Part shown: piece after piece, positions 1 to 11,432 of the stretch | Layout of the letters: every line of letters begins with the position of its first letter | Numbering within the stretch: position 1 is the stretch's first letter | From: Lama guanicoe | Lineage: Eukaryota | DNA: 60,000 nt | Direction of reading: 5' to 3' | Assembly (NCBI GenBank): GCA_013239625.1 | Contig: MU053379.1 | Span: 4,361,229 to 4,421,228 of the forward strand | Notes under the pieces: model-generated | Database searches by the model: none | The model's input: the letters and a program-made list of their open reading frames with translations, nothing else | Told to the model about the DNA's origin: nothing | Made by a program: the position numbers and the translations under genes

Positions 1-102
1 CGTTCACAGTGAGCGGAGGGGGCTGTCCACCTGCACCACGGCTCCTGGTGGAGCTGAGGCCGCTGCACCTCTGGCTCAGTATCTCTCAGATGCAAACAGA
101 AA

Positions 103-1013
103 GGGCTCACACGCACATGGGCTCACACGCACACGGCTCACACGCACATGGGCTCACACGCACACGGGCTCACACGCACACGGGCACACGCACACGGGCT
201 CACACGCACACGGGCACACGCACACGGCTCACATGCACATGGGCTCACACGCACACAGGCGCACACGCACACAGGCGCACACGCACACAGGCGCACACGC
301 ACACAGGCGCACACGCACACAGGCGCACACGCACACAGGCGCACACGCACACAGGCGCACACGCACACAGGCGCACACGCACACAGGCGCACACGCACAC
401 AGGCGCACACGCACACAGGCGCACACGCACACAGGCGCACACGCACACAGGCGCACACGCACACAGGCGCACACGCACACAGGCGCACACGCACACAGGC
501 GCACACGCACACAGGCGCACACGCACACAGGCGCACACGCACACAGGCGCACACGCACACAGGCGCACACGCACACAGGCGCACACGCACACAGGCGCAC
601 ACGCACACAGGCGCACACGCACACAGGCGCACACGCACACAGGCGCACACGCACACAGGCGCACACGCACACAGGCGCACACGCACACAGGCGCACACGC
701 ACACAGGCGCACACGCACACAGGCGCACACGCACACAGGCGCACACGCACACAGGCGCACACGCACACAGGCGCACACGCACACAGGCGCACACGCACAC
801 AGGCGCACACGCACACAGGCGCACACGCACACAGGCGCACACGCACACAGGCGCACACGCACACAGGCGCACACGCACACAGGCGCACACGCACACAGGC
901 GCACACGCACACAGGCGCACACGCACACAGGCGCACACGCACACAGGCGCACACGCACACGGGCTCACACGCACACGGGCACACGCACACGGCTCACACG
1001 CACACGGGCACAC
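103..1013. repeat. 16-bp minisatellite (GCACACAGGCGCACAC)n: 44 perfect copies at 251-954, flanked by degenerate GGGCTCACACGCACAC / GGGCACACGCACAC units
   Basis: Period read directly: sequence lines recur every 240 nt (15 x 16). All six reading frames are open and give 16-aa periodic peptides. Confidence 0.98.
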
Positions 1014-1574
1014 CGAGGCATGTGTGTCCTGCTCGTGTGACTGCCAGGGATTTCCTCAGGCCTCCCTAGGGGGGCACACGCCCTTGGCGACATAGTCGGA
1101 GGGGAGTGTAGGGAAGGGCCTGGAGGTGGACGCAGGGTCTGGGCAGTGAGCTGGGGTAAAATTTTCACAGCAATTCATCAGAATCAACCAGTCTCTCCCT
1201 GAATTTTACCAAGGAGGAGCCTGCGTGTGAGCGGCACAGTTTCTCTTCTAACCCCTGGTGAACTGTGGGATCACACGGGGACCACCGTCACAGCTGGCAG
1301 GTGGCACCATGGGGACGTGGAGCCCGACCTGGCTCCGTGGCAGCTGCAGGCTCCACCTTCTTTGTGCTTCATGAGTCAGGACCCACTCCCTCACCTTCCG
1401 TTGGCATTTCTGATGCTCAGTAGTGTGAACTTGAAAAAATGGACTGGCATGGATGGGACCGTCCACTCCGCCCAGCCTGCTTTCCTCGGGCTCAGGCCAC
1501 CATGGTGCCGGAAATGCACACCGTGGAGCTCTGCCCAGCGACATCCCTGGGGCCCGTGGGCCTGGAAGGGACCG

Positions 1575-1987
1575 TGGCATGAGCTGAATTATATCCCCTC
1601 AACAAGATAAGTTAGGTCCCAACCCCCGTATCCCCGACACGGCCGTGCTTGGAAATAGAGTCTTCACAGGGATCCTCGGGCTCAAAGGCGGTCATCAGAG
1701 TGGTCACAGCGGATCCGCTGTGACTGGAGCCCAGATCCAAAGGGGAAGTCTGGACAGACAGGCACAGAGGGCGGACTGGTGAGGGCACAGGAAGGGGAAG
1801 ACGCACGGACAAGGCAGGGACACCCCAGTGACCATCACCACGGAAGTGGAAGAGGCCAAGAAGGACCCTCTCCAGGGCCCTGCCCGCAGCGCGACCTCCA
1901 CTTCTGGCCCCAGAAGCGCGAGAGAATACACTTCTGTGTTTTAAGCCACCCGGGAGTGGCTCTTGTTACAGCAGCTGTAGAAACTAG
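1575..1987 (+). mobile_element. MaLR solo LTR, MLT1B/C-like
   Basis: 5' end GAGCTGAATTATATCCCCTC...TTGGAAATAGAGTCTTCACAG and 3' end GAGAGAATACACTTCTGTGTTTTAAGCCACCC...TTGTTACAGCAGC match MLT1 hallmark motifs (recalled consensus). Confidence 0.85.
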
Positions 1988-2199
1988 CCCAGGCGGGTCC
2001 CACTGGGTGCCCGGCCCACCCCTCTGAGCTCCGCGCTGGAGGGTCTGGGACGATGGCCGGCACCGGTGCAGCCTTGAGGGGCAAACGTGCCCCAGACACA
2101 AGAGAGACAAGAGCAGGGGCGTGAGCATGACCTGAGGCCAAAGACACCCGCAGCCACATCACAGGTCAGACGCAGCCCAGCTCCCAGCCAGGTGCACAT

Positions 2200-2580
2200 G
2201 AGATCTCACACTGAAGGCCTCTTCAGCTCAGTTCCTACGACCCAGTACCTTGTGTCTTCTGTGCAGCAGAAAATTACAAGTCTTGTTAAAAGCAAGAAAA
2301 AACACAGTGTGAAGAGACAAAGCAAGCATCAAACCAAACTTCGATACGGTGTAGAATTTGAAATGACCCAAACAGGGCATTTGAGTAACCATGATTAATG
2401 TGTTAGGGGCTCTAAAGGAAAAGTGAACAGCTTACAGGGACAGACGGGTGAAGCAAACAGAGCGATGAAAACACGAAGAAAGAATCCGGTGAGAACGCTG
2501 GAAGCCCCATGCCCTGTACCGGAGTGAAGACCGCTTTCGATGGGCTGCTCCGAGGACAGGACCAGGGAACCTGAAGCTCC
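2200..2580 (+). mobile_element. Ancient L1 (L1MC/L1MD-type) 5'/ORF1 fragment
   Basis: AAAACACAGTGTGAAGAGACAAAGCAAGCATCA...CATGATTAATGTGTTAGGGGCTCTAAAGGAAAAGTG...TTTCGATGGGCTG resembles the L1M ORF1 start region. Confidence 0.7.
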
Positions 2581-3854
2581 GTCCCCAGGAGTTCCCACGC
2601 TGCGCTGTGCCGTGTGTGGTCGGAAGCCCAGGGGGAGGAGGGGACAGACTAGAAGCAGCATCTGAAGCAGTCACAGCCGAGGGTTTCCTGAGATGAGTGA
2701 CAGACACCAAGCCACCCCACGGACCAAGGTCAGCTGCTACCGGGCCCGAGCCCCCGGCCCCCGGCCCCCGGCCCCAGTGGGGGGGGGGCACAGAGTCTGC
2801 TCAGCAGTCTTAACGAGGCTTCGCAGCCTGTGGCTTCCAAAGCGCTGTCTCTGTCCCGCGCCCACCGGAGGGGGTGCACCCAGGGGAACCTTGGCTCGCG
2901 GCTCTGAATGATGAAGCCATATGCTCTACTCTCAAATGCTCATTAAACAGGATGACCACCCTCAGCGGTACATACCACTCAAAACTCATTATATCTCATT
3001 ACCTAAGGCTGAATAGCACTGTCCAACGGACAGAAAGATTCAATTAAATGAAAGTTAGACAAAGGCTTGGCGTTTGTGCAAGCTACAAACAAGATGCCTA
3101 CAGCTTTTGGGAAATGATGTAATTGAAATTGTACGTGGCCTTGGATGGTCACAGCACACACAGAGACCCTGAGAATGGCAGCAGACGGCTTTGCCGAACG
3201 TTCAAGTACTGCCCCCTTTCATGGGGTGGTTCCCCAGCCCCCAACGCACGGCCATCAGTGCTCATCTGTCCTGGGTCCTCACCCCTAGGGAGCTGGTAAC
3301 ACTTTTGCGATCTGTACTGTGAACACAGGGCACCTTGTCTGCTGTGTGTCCTCCTGGAACTGTCCATGCTTCTGAATTACCTCCCAGAAGGCAGGGAGGT
3401 GCCCCGTGTTCCAGGAACCACCAAGTCCTTCGTACAACAGACTCCCCGAGACTCTGCTTTAAAAAGCAAAGTGCTCTTGGGTTAAGACACATTGGCCTGA
3501 GGAGACTCCAGCAAGGCTGTTTGGGATCCGCAGGGAAATTTTTCAGAAAGAAAGAAACTCTTGAGCAATGACGTCAGAGCTGTGAGTGTGCATCTGGTAG
3601 TGTCAGGACCCTGGCTTGGCCCTGAGGGTTCAGGCTTCTGTCAGCGCCTGTGCAAGTGGCAGCGTGTGCAAACTGCCTTCCGGGCCTGCTCCTGGAACAC
3701 ACCCGTAACGGGAGGCCAGGCCGTCCCGAGGGCCCTCGGGGCAGCCCTGTGGCTGAGACCGGCCGGAGGTGCTGCTGGCCCTGGGGCCGGGCAGCAAAAC
3801 CCCTCCACCCCACAGGCACTGCCGCCGGGAGCTGATGTGTGAAGGAGACAGTCT

Positions 3855-4510
3855 CTCCACTCACAGCACTTCTGACACCAGACGGGGGCGTTTTCCACGC
3901 CGAACAGCCTTCCGGCTCCCTGGAGGCACCAGCTGGGTGCCCTGCAGTGTAGCTCAGCCCTGACGCTGACGGCCCGGTGTGCACAGAGCCCCCAGGTAAA
4001 GGACTCAGTCCCCGGGACAGCTCACCGACTCCGGGCGCCAGTTACAAGTGCTGGGGCCCCAGGTTACCAGTGCTCCTGTCCAACTTGGCTACAAATCAAG
4101 GCCCCCGTGACGCGCTTCCCGGCGTTGGTGATCTGCTGGAACAGCTCACGGAGCCCAGGCTGACAGGGCGCTTACCGTCACCGGGTCACCGTAAAGGCTA
4201 CATAAAGCACACAGACAGCCGGACAAGGGGCACAGAGTGAGCGCCAGAGGGCCCCAAGCGCCTCTGTCCCTGTGCACTTGGGACGCACCCCTCCCGGCAC
4301 GTTGGTGCCTTCACCAGCCAGAGGCCCTCGGAGCCCTGTCCTGTAGGGTTTCCTCACGGACACGGCTGACTGAACCACCGGCCACGGTGATCGACTCCAC
4401 CCCTGGCGGTCAGCGCAGGGCTGAAAGTTCCGGCCCCGTCTCCGGCTGGCTCCTCCGACAGCCAGCGCCCCCCCCAAGAGGCCCCCAGGCGTCACCTCTA
4501 GCACAAGCCA
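3855..4510 (-). mobile_element. MER21-like ERV LTR
   Basis: Collinear MER21 motifs: CAGCACTTCTGACACCAGA, CACCAGCTGGGTG, GGACTCAGTCCC, CAACTTGGCTACAAATC, TGCTGGAACAGCTCACGGA, GGTGATCGACTC, GGGCTGAAAGTTCC. Confidence 0.75.
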
Positions 4511-4959
4511 GGCGGGGGGGGAAGGGGCTCATTGTGAAGCTCTTCATGGACAGATTTTAGAAAATTGCCTCAGGTTTCCCGCCCACGGGGGCAAACTTAC
4601 CACAGAAAAGTCTTGGCAGGAACGTGATGGGGGCGCAGGCTGGCCGGTCGGGGCGAGCGTGAGGGCCCGGCCGGAGGGACGCGGATTCACAGGAAAACGA
4701 GGGCTGACACGGCTCTGCTCTTTGGGTCCTTTGTCACGAAGAGCCTGTGAGCATCAACGCAGCGCGTTAACAACGGAATCTGCCAGACCGCCCGTCCTCC
4801 CTGGAAGGTCCGCGCCTGTCGCTCTGAGGGCGCGCTCCGTGCCTGAAGCCGGCTTTAAAAGCACGAGAGTTTTCGTCACATAGTCCGCGCCGCCGTTCTC
4901 CCCAAGCCCAGCTCTGAAGCGGTGCCTCTTCCTCAAGGAGAACCGAACCCTCCAGCTGC

Positions 4960-5148
4960 ATCTCTCGCCGCGGGCAGCTTGCTTTTCTGCCCTGAAGGGC
5001 TGACCCGCGGTCACGCTGGGCGAACCCCCACGTTCTGAGGCCGTCGGACCCGTCATCCTAATTCCCCTCTGTCGCGTCAGGCACACGTTTACGGGATGTG
5101 CAGATGAGCACGGGCACCTTCAGAGGCGCCATCACTCTACCTGCCACA
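4960..5148 (-). mobile_element. MLT1-family LTR 5' fragment
   Basis: The reverse strand starts TGTGGCAGGTAGAGTGATGGCGCCTCTGAAGGTGCCCGTGCTC...GAGGGGAATTAGG, typical of MLT1D/E/F 5' ends. Confidence 0.45.
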
Positions 5149-8100
5149 AAGCCCTTTAAGAAGAAAGAGCTGGCCCAAAGGGATCGCCGTAACCTCCAAG
5201 CGGGGGTGTACCGCGGTCCGTCGCCACGAGGAAGAGGATGCAAGTAACCGCAAAGGCGCCTCACCAGGAGGAAGCGGGGAGTTTCAGGGGAGCTGAGCTC
5301 TCCCCGAGCCCTCCCACCTGTCACCCAAAAAGAACACACTGAAGAGGCGCTCAGTGAGACCATGACGTCTGACTCCCACGGGACTTAGTGACGGCTGGCC
5401 TCCATGCCGCGGTCCCGGAGGCGCCTAGCCAGCACAGACTCCTGCTCCAAGCAAGCCCACCGAAGGCCCCGAGTAGACTGCTGGACACCAGCCTGAGCTC
5501 AGGGCCCTCCGACAGTTACTGACGAGCCAGGACTGTCTGAAGGGTGCCCTTGGCTGGGAGAATAAAACACGAACGGCCTTCGCTTCCCTGCTGGGCTTCA
5601 GCAACTCACGAAGAGGCCTTGCGGCAGAGGGAGGCCGATGGGACGTGCCGCACGCAGCACACATGTTCGCTTGGAGGTAACGATTCTTCAGGGGACCCAG
5701 GATCAGGGCAGCACGGCCCCCTGGGTGTCTGGTCCTCCGGGGGGAGAGTCTAAGGCTGTCCTTGGACCCGTGTCGGTTCTCCTGAACCTCTGCTCATACG
5801 GTGGAATCCCAGGGTCCCAGCCCGGAGAGAGGGTGACCCTGAATTACATCCACTGTCAACAAGGGCCCAAAGCCACCAACGGTGGGAAATTCAAAAACGC
5901 CGCCGGGTTTCTAGAGATTTTCAGAGGCGTGTTCTTAGACCCCTAACCTCCGACACCACACGGCAGGGCTTCACTTGGAGGCCTGAGGGCTTCCACGGAG
6001 GGGGAGAAGGACCACGGACGCGGGACGCCCGTTGTCACCGACGGGCCTCAATCCATCAATTCGCAGGAATTTTAAACCTTTTGGGGAATTTTGTAGTTTT
6101 GCAGAGTAAACTTACAGGTTGGTAAACCACCTACTATCTAAAGTGGGTTTTCCTTACGAGAGTTCCCACAAGGTGGAGGCGGCCCACAGACAGCAGGTCC
6201 CCAGGGCCTCGGGGAGGTGGGGGTGAGGCCGGCGAGCAGGGGTCTGCGGCCCCGACAGCCTGTCTGGGGCAGGCCTCTCTGGACGCGGGATCGCCCCGCC
6301 GAGGCGTCATCGCCTGTGTGGAAACCGGCTCCGGGGGGCGAGAAGGAGACAATGGGGTCGAAGCAGCCGTCAGGCAAGGCTGGTCTGAGCGTGAGCTCAG
6401 TGTTATTTGCAAACCTTGGGAGTTCGGGTGTCGCTGACGAGTCCTGAGGGACAGGTGTTGGAGGGGCCTCTCGGGCTGCAGGCCGACCTCACCCCACATC
6501 CCTGGGGCTGGTGCGCTGCCTGGGTCCCTGGTGGGGCTGATCTGAGCTCAGTCGTGGGAGGTCAACTCTCAGCAACAACAGTGTGGGTCACCTGCCTTTG
6601 GACAGATCCGTGTGCGGGCGGTTGGGTCTACACCCGAAAACGGGCTCTAGGCAATCTGGGACTCGAGCAGCTGTGCTTCTGCGGAAGGTGTGACCGAGCA
6701 TCACGGGGAGCCCAGCCCTTCCTTCCCCGGGTCTGCGCCCCAGGAGGCTCTCACCTGTGCTGGGAGAGCTTTGGCTGTCCCCGAGTTAGGGGTGGCGACA
6801 AAAAAGGAAGGCCAAGGGCTCTGGGCTGAAAGCTCCGGGATGATCTCCAGCTGGTCTACTTGGTCAATCAGAGCCAATCAGACCTCATTAAACGTGCGTC
6901 GTATCGCGTCCGAGACAAGGGCCAGGGCAGGAGCAGCGGCGTCCGCTGTGTCACTCCCAGGGGGTCCTTCTCCGAAGACGTCTGTTACCTGCTGGGGGGT
7001 GGGCTCTGGAATCAACTGAGGTTTCTGCCAATGGTGGACTGAAACCGTCCTCAGGGAAATGTGCAAACGTGCTGGGGAAAATATTTTTTAAAACACACTT
7101 TTAAATGCAAAACAGCTCTTGCAAGAAATACTCTGATGCCAGAAACGAAGTGGGATCAGGAGTCCCAAGAGGTGAACAAACGCTGAAGGCCTCGGCTGCT
7201 GGGGGTCCACGCCTCACGGGCGTCCTGGACCTTCTGTTCCAACGGCTGCAAGTGTGGGCACCACTCCCGGAAGGCGGGCACCGTAGTGGGGAGAGCCACC
7301 TTTCCAGATACCAAGATGCCATGAAGTCCTGGTACCTAGGGTGAGGTTCCAGCCGGGGCGGTGGGGGGGGCAGAGGCAGCAGCTGTCGGGGCAGAAAGGA
7401 GACGCCAGCCTCAGGCCCGCCTGCAGCATCACGGACAGGGCCAGTGGCTGTGCAGGAGGACGGCAAGGCGCTGCCGCCTCCGCGCCTCGTGGAGTGAAGG
7501 CCGGAATCCAAGGGCACATGCCACCCTTTTAGAAGTGTGCTTCGGAGCATGTCCTTGGGACTTCGGGGCCAGGAAGAATTTCCTCGATGGAAGTCAAGAG
7601 CACGAACCACCGGGAAAGCAGGGGAGCAGGTGGCTTCTGAAACCCAGGGCTCCTCGCCACCCTCACGGGGGAAGTGGGAACAGCGTCCCCGAGACCACGG
7701 AAGAGGACTAGGGGGAGAGAGGGAGAGACACGGCCCCCAGGCCAATAATAAAATGAGAAAGCGGCCCCCTGGGGATGAGAGGCAGATCGCAGGTCGGCAT
7801 CGCACGACGCAGAGACACAAATGGCCAAGAAACCCTGAAGAGGCTCGAGTTCGTTAGTCGGCAGAGAAATACAGGAATGTGTTTTACTGCCTCCCTGCCA
7901 GCTGGCATGGTTAAGACGCCTGGTCACACCCAGCGTCTGGCAGGGCCGTGGAGCAGCAGGGGAATGCTGGAAATGGCTGTCAGAGCAGAAGTTACGACAG
8001 CCTGGCACTGCCCGGGCAAGTCCAGCCCCGGCCAGCGCCGCGGGCAGAGCTCTGGCCCACGTGTTCGCGAGCGCTCCCGGCAGCCTCTCCCCAGCAGCAG

Positions 8101-11100
8101 CACCTGGGACCAGCAGCCTGTCCGTCCGCAGGGGAGGGAACAGCTGAGCCCAGGGGCCACGGCTCCCTCTCGGGGGCGGGGGGACCGGGTCCAGGGAGCA
8201 CCACGGGCTGGTCATGTGTTTCTTAAACCGGCTGGTGGGCGTGTGGTTTTTATTTTATTTCCAAGTTTTACAACACAGACGTACAGAATGTCGCTGGAAG
8301 CATCGACCGTTTCACAGTTTAAAACATCCTTGCGGAGATCCAGCCCAGGCTGACCCTGGGGTGCGGGCGGGGGAGCAAAGGGCCAGGGGGCTCAGGAACC
8401 TTGTGAATCCTTGTGCCGCTGGTTCACGTCACACTGTCTCCATCCCCACTCGACCTGGGGTCCGAGGACAGGTGACCCTCGCAGCGCACCTGTGGGAGGC
8501 ATAGGACTCAGAAAGCCAGGTCTGTGCCCTCTCACACCTGTGCAGACCCCCCACAAGGGTCTCTTCTCTGAGAGCCTCCCTGCTCGGAAGGAAGGCTGGG
8601 CAACGGGACAGTGGAGCCAGCCTCCATCCCTCCAGGGCCTCGCAGGGGCACCTCCGTGAGCTCGGGGCGCCCCAGGTCCAGCGAGGAGGAGAGTGGCCCC
8701 ACCGCCCAGGAGCCGGGACGGCGCTTGCTCCACCTGCTGCTTCTCCGGCCCCACAGTCCTCGGGAGAACCGTGGGGCCGGGCCCCCCATCTGCACGGTGG
8801 GGCCCTCTGAGGGTGCAAAGAGATGAGGTTTACCAGGGAGAACAATGCCGCGGGCTGACAGTGCTGCGTCCTTTCCTGACTCCTGGCGTATTTTACTTCT
8901 ACCTCAAGGGTCTCGCCTACTGTGACAAATGCAAATTTGTCACCTAGAAAGAAAAAACAAAACACACAAAGAATCCTTGACTCCAGTTAAAATTCTCACC
9001 CTGGGCCGGGAAGGGGACAAAGCCGACTCTTTAACCCTGAGGGTGGGAGGACCCCGCGTCCAGGTGTCCACGCCCGCTGCCCCTTGAAGGGTTGGGGGCC
9101 CTCAGAGGCTGCCTTCCGGTTCCTCCCCACGCCCCACTCCAGGCTTCTGCAGAATCGTTTACTTTTCCTTCCTGTTTCCTCTCGTCCTGGAGTCCCTCAC
9201 GACACAGATCCCCAAGGAGGGACCAGAACATTCTGCTCCACCTCCAGCCCTTTCAACACGCCCCTCCTCCTCCCCACGACCCAGCGCCCCGCAGCTTTGG
9301 CTTCCCTTGAGCTTCCGCTCTGTCCTCAGCCCACCTCTCCCTGAGAATTAAAAAGTCATTGGCCCGAGCCTGTGAAATCCGAGGCGCTGACCAGTTACTT
9401 GTGTGAACGCATCTGTGCGCCCTGGGCTCCCAGCCTCGCGCGCGTGTTACCCCGAGTGACTCCGGGACGGGGTGGGGCTGTGGGATCCAGGGCTGCCGAG
9501 GCAGAGACCTGGCGGGGCGACAGCCTGTCCCTTTGCCAGACAAGGAACTGAGACACGATTTCCCAGTTGCTTCCGTGCGGGGCCACTTGCCAGCGCTCCC
9601 TGGGGCGGAGGGGCAGAGGGAGGGGGCAGTGCTTCACAAGGAGCATCCGGAAGGGGACCCCGAGGCTCCCCAGCCCGGCCCAGGTGGGGCGCTGAGAGAC
9701 GGTCCCCGCACCCTGCGGTCTCCCTCAATCACGGGGCACCGGACGGACCGCGGAGCAGAACGCCCGCCTCCCCGGGGAGACTGACGCTGGGTGCGGACGC
9801 TGACGCCGAGGGCGGGGGCCCATCTCGCCGAAACTGCCCTTTCTGTCCCACGATCGTCACTGGTTCCCCTCCTGCCTCCTCGAAACAGAACTACAACAAA
9901 AGCAACAAGAAAAAACACGGCAAAGAACTGATTTTTCTTTAAAACTTCCGCCTTGGTTTGCAGCAGGGACGGAACCGGGGGCTTCAGACACTCCAGGAGG
10001 CCGCTGGTCAGGCAGGTCCGGGGTCAGCGCGCCTCTCCCAGGAAATCCACACCTGCCCTCCTGGCTGTGACCCGGGTGTCCCCATTTTGCCTTCTGACGT
10101 GACACAGACCCCTCGACCCCTCTGCCCCGGGCAGCCCTTCTGTTCCTGGAGTTTTCTTAGCGGCCCTGAATCTTTTTTGAGAAAAACATCTTCTGTTTCT
10201 TCGGTCCTGCTGGTGTGAGCTGCTCCTTGGCTTACCCACTAGCGTGTCCGGGCAGCCACCCGCCCGGGCTCTCCACACCGCCCGAGCAAGAGGAAGCGCT
10301 TCCTGGGGAGGGCCCTTCCCTCCGACGACGCGCTGCCCCTCCAGGCGCCGCTGAGCAGCTGGCGTCCAGCTTGCGGTCGCTAGGATCCGAAGGTGGCACG
10401 GCACCCGCCTGCCCACCCTCCCCTCGGGCCTGCGACTGCAGACTTCAAGGACGTGGTTCTCACCCCTGCTGGCCTCATCTTTTTGGTCCGAACTTATTTT
10501 TTCTGCTGCAGGGAAATCATTACATCCTTTGAATCAGTCTTTGGGGGCGTCTGCTGTCCTTCCCACACTGAGGAAGCTTTTGGGAAAACAGCATCTTGAA
10601 ACGCCGAGGGCCGTGGCCCGAAGCAGCTCCACGTCTAGGTGTCCCCACACGGCCGGGGACGCGGAGGCAGGGAAATAGCAAAGGCCACTGCGTCCTCCCC
10701 GCTTGTTCCACTGAAGAAAACCCTGCCCAGGGCGGACGCAGGACACCTGTGCTAGGCAGGCGGCAGGGGGCGGCCCCAGGCGTCGAGGCTGGAACTGACG
10801 GGAGGACCACTACCTCCTCGCCTCTGGTCAGACAGCTGTGTCCTTCACCTTCTCCCCTGATGGGACTGGGCCGCGTGCCCACAGCGGTGACTCTCCGGTC
10901 GCTGCCGGCCCTTCCCTGCCCCGCCCTCCAGCCTTCCCGGGAAGCCCCCGCGTAAACCACGCGCAGCCACATCCTTGTCTCGGGCTCTTCTTCTGGGGAA
11001 CTCGTCTATGGTGAGCATCTTCTAAATGAAGGTCTAGAGTGCTAGGCGGGCGTAAGGGTAAAGGGCACGACAGCACTGAATGTCTGGACACTCCGGAGAG

Positions 11101-11169
11101 AACGATTCCTGAATTCTAGTATCTACAACTGCACTGCAGGCCCAGAGCAGAGAAGCTTCTACTTGAAAA

Positions 11170-11432
11170 AATAGTTATTTATTTACCAAGATAACACTGA
11201 GTTATAACATTGTAGAAGTTTCACGTGCACAGCGTCGCACTCCTGTCCCGGGTGCCCTGCAGGGCACCCAGCACCCGCGTTCGGTTTCCACCCGTCAGCA
11301 GACGGCCAACTCCCTTGCCCACGCACACCCCAGGCCCTCCCCTCTGGAAACCGCGACTCTGCTGTCTGGCCTGACGTGTTCATGAGCCTTGGCTTTTGTC
11401 TGTTTGTCAGTCTGTTATTTTCCACATCTGAG
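11170..11432 (-). mobile_element. L1 3' end fragment (Laurasiatherian type), strongly GC-shifted
   Basis: TTATAACATTGTAGAAGTTTCACGTGCACA...CCCTCCCCTCTGGAAACCGC...TTCCACATCTGAG is an antisense L1 3'UTR pattern. Confidence 0.75.

Noticed and set aside
9..1095. Six long ORFs (237-343 aa) rich in His/Thr/Arg or Cys/Val/Ala
   Set aside because: Translation of the stop-free 16-bp minisatellite; not evidence of a gene. The array has no spacers, so it is not CRISPR.
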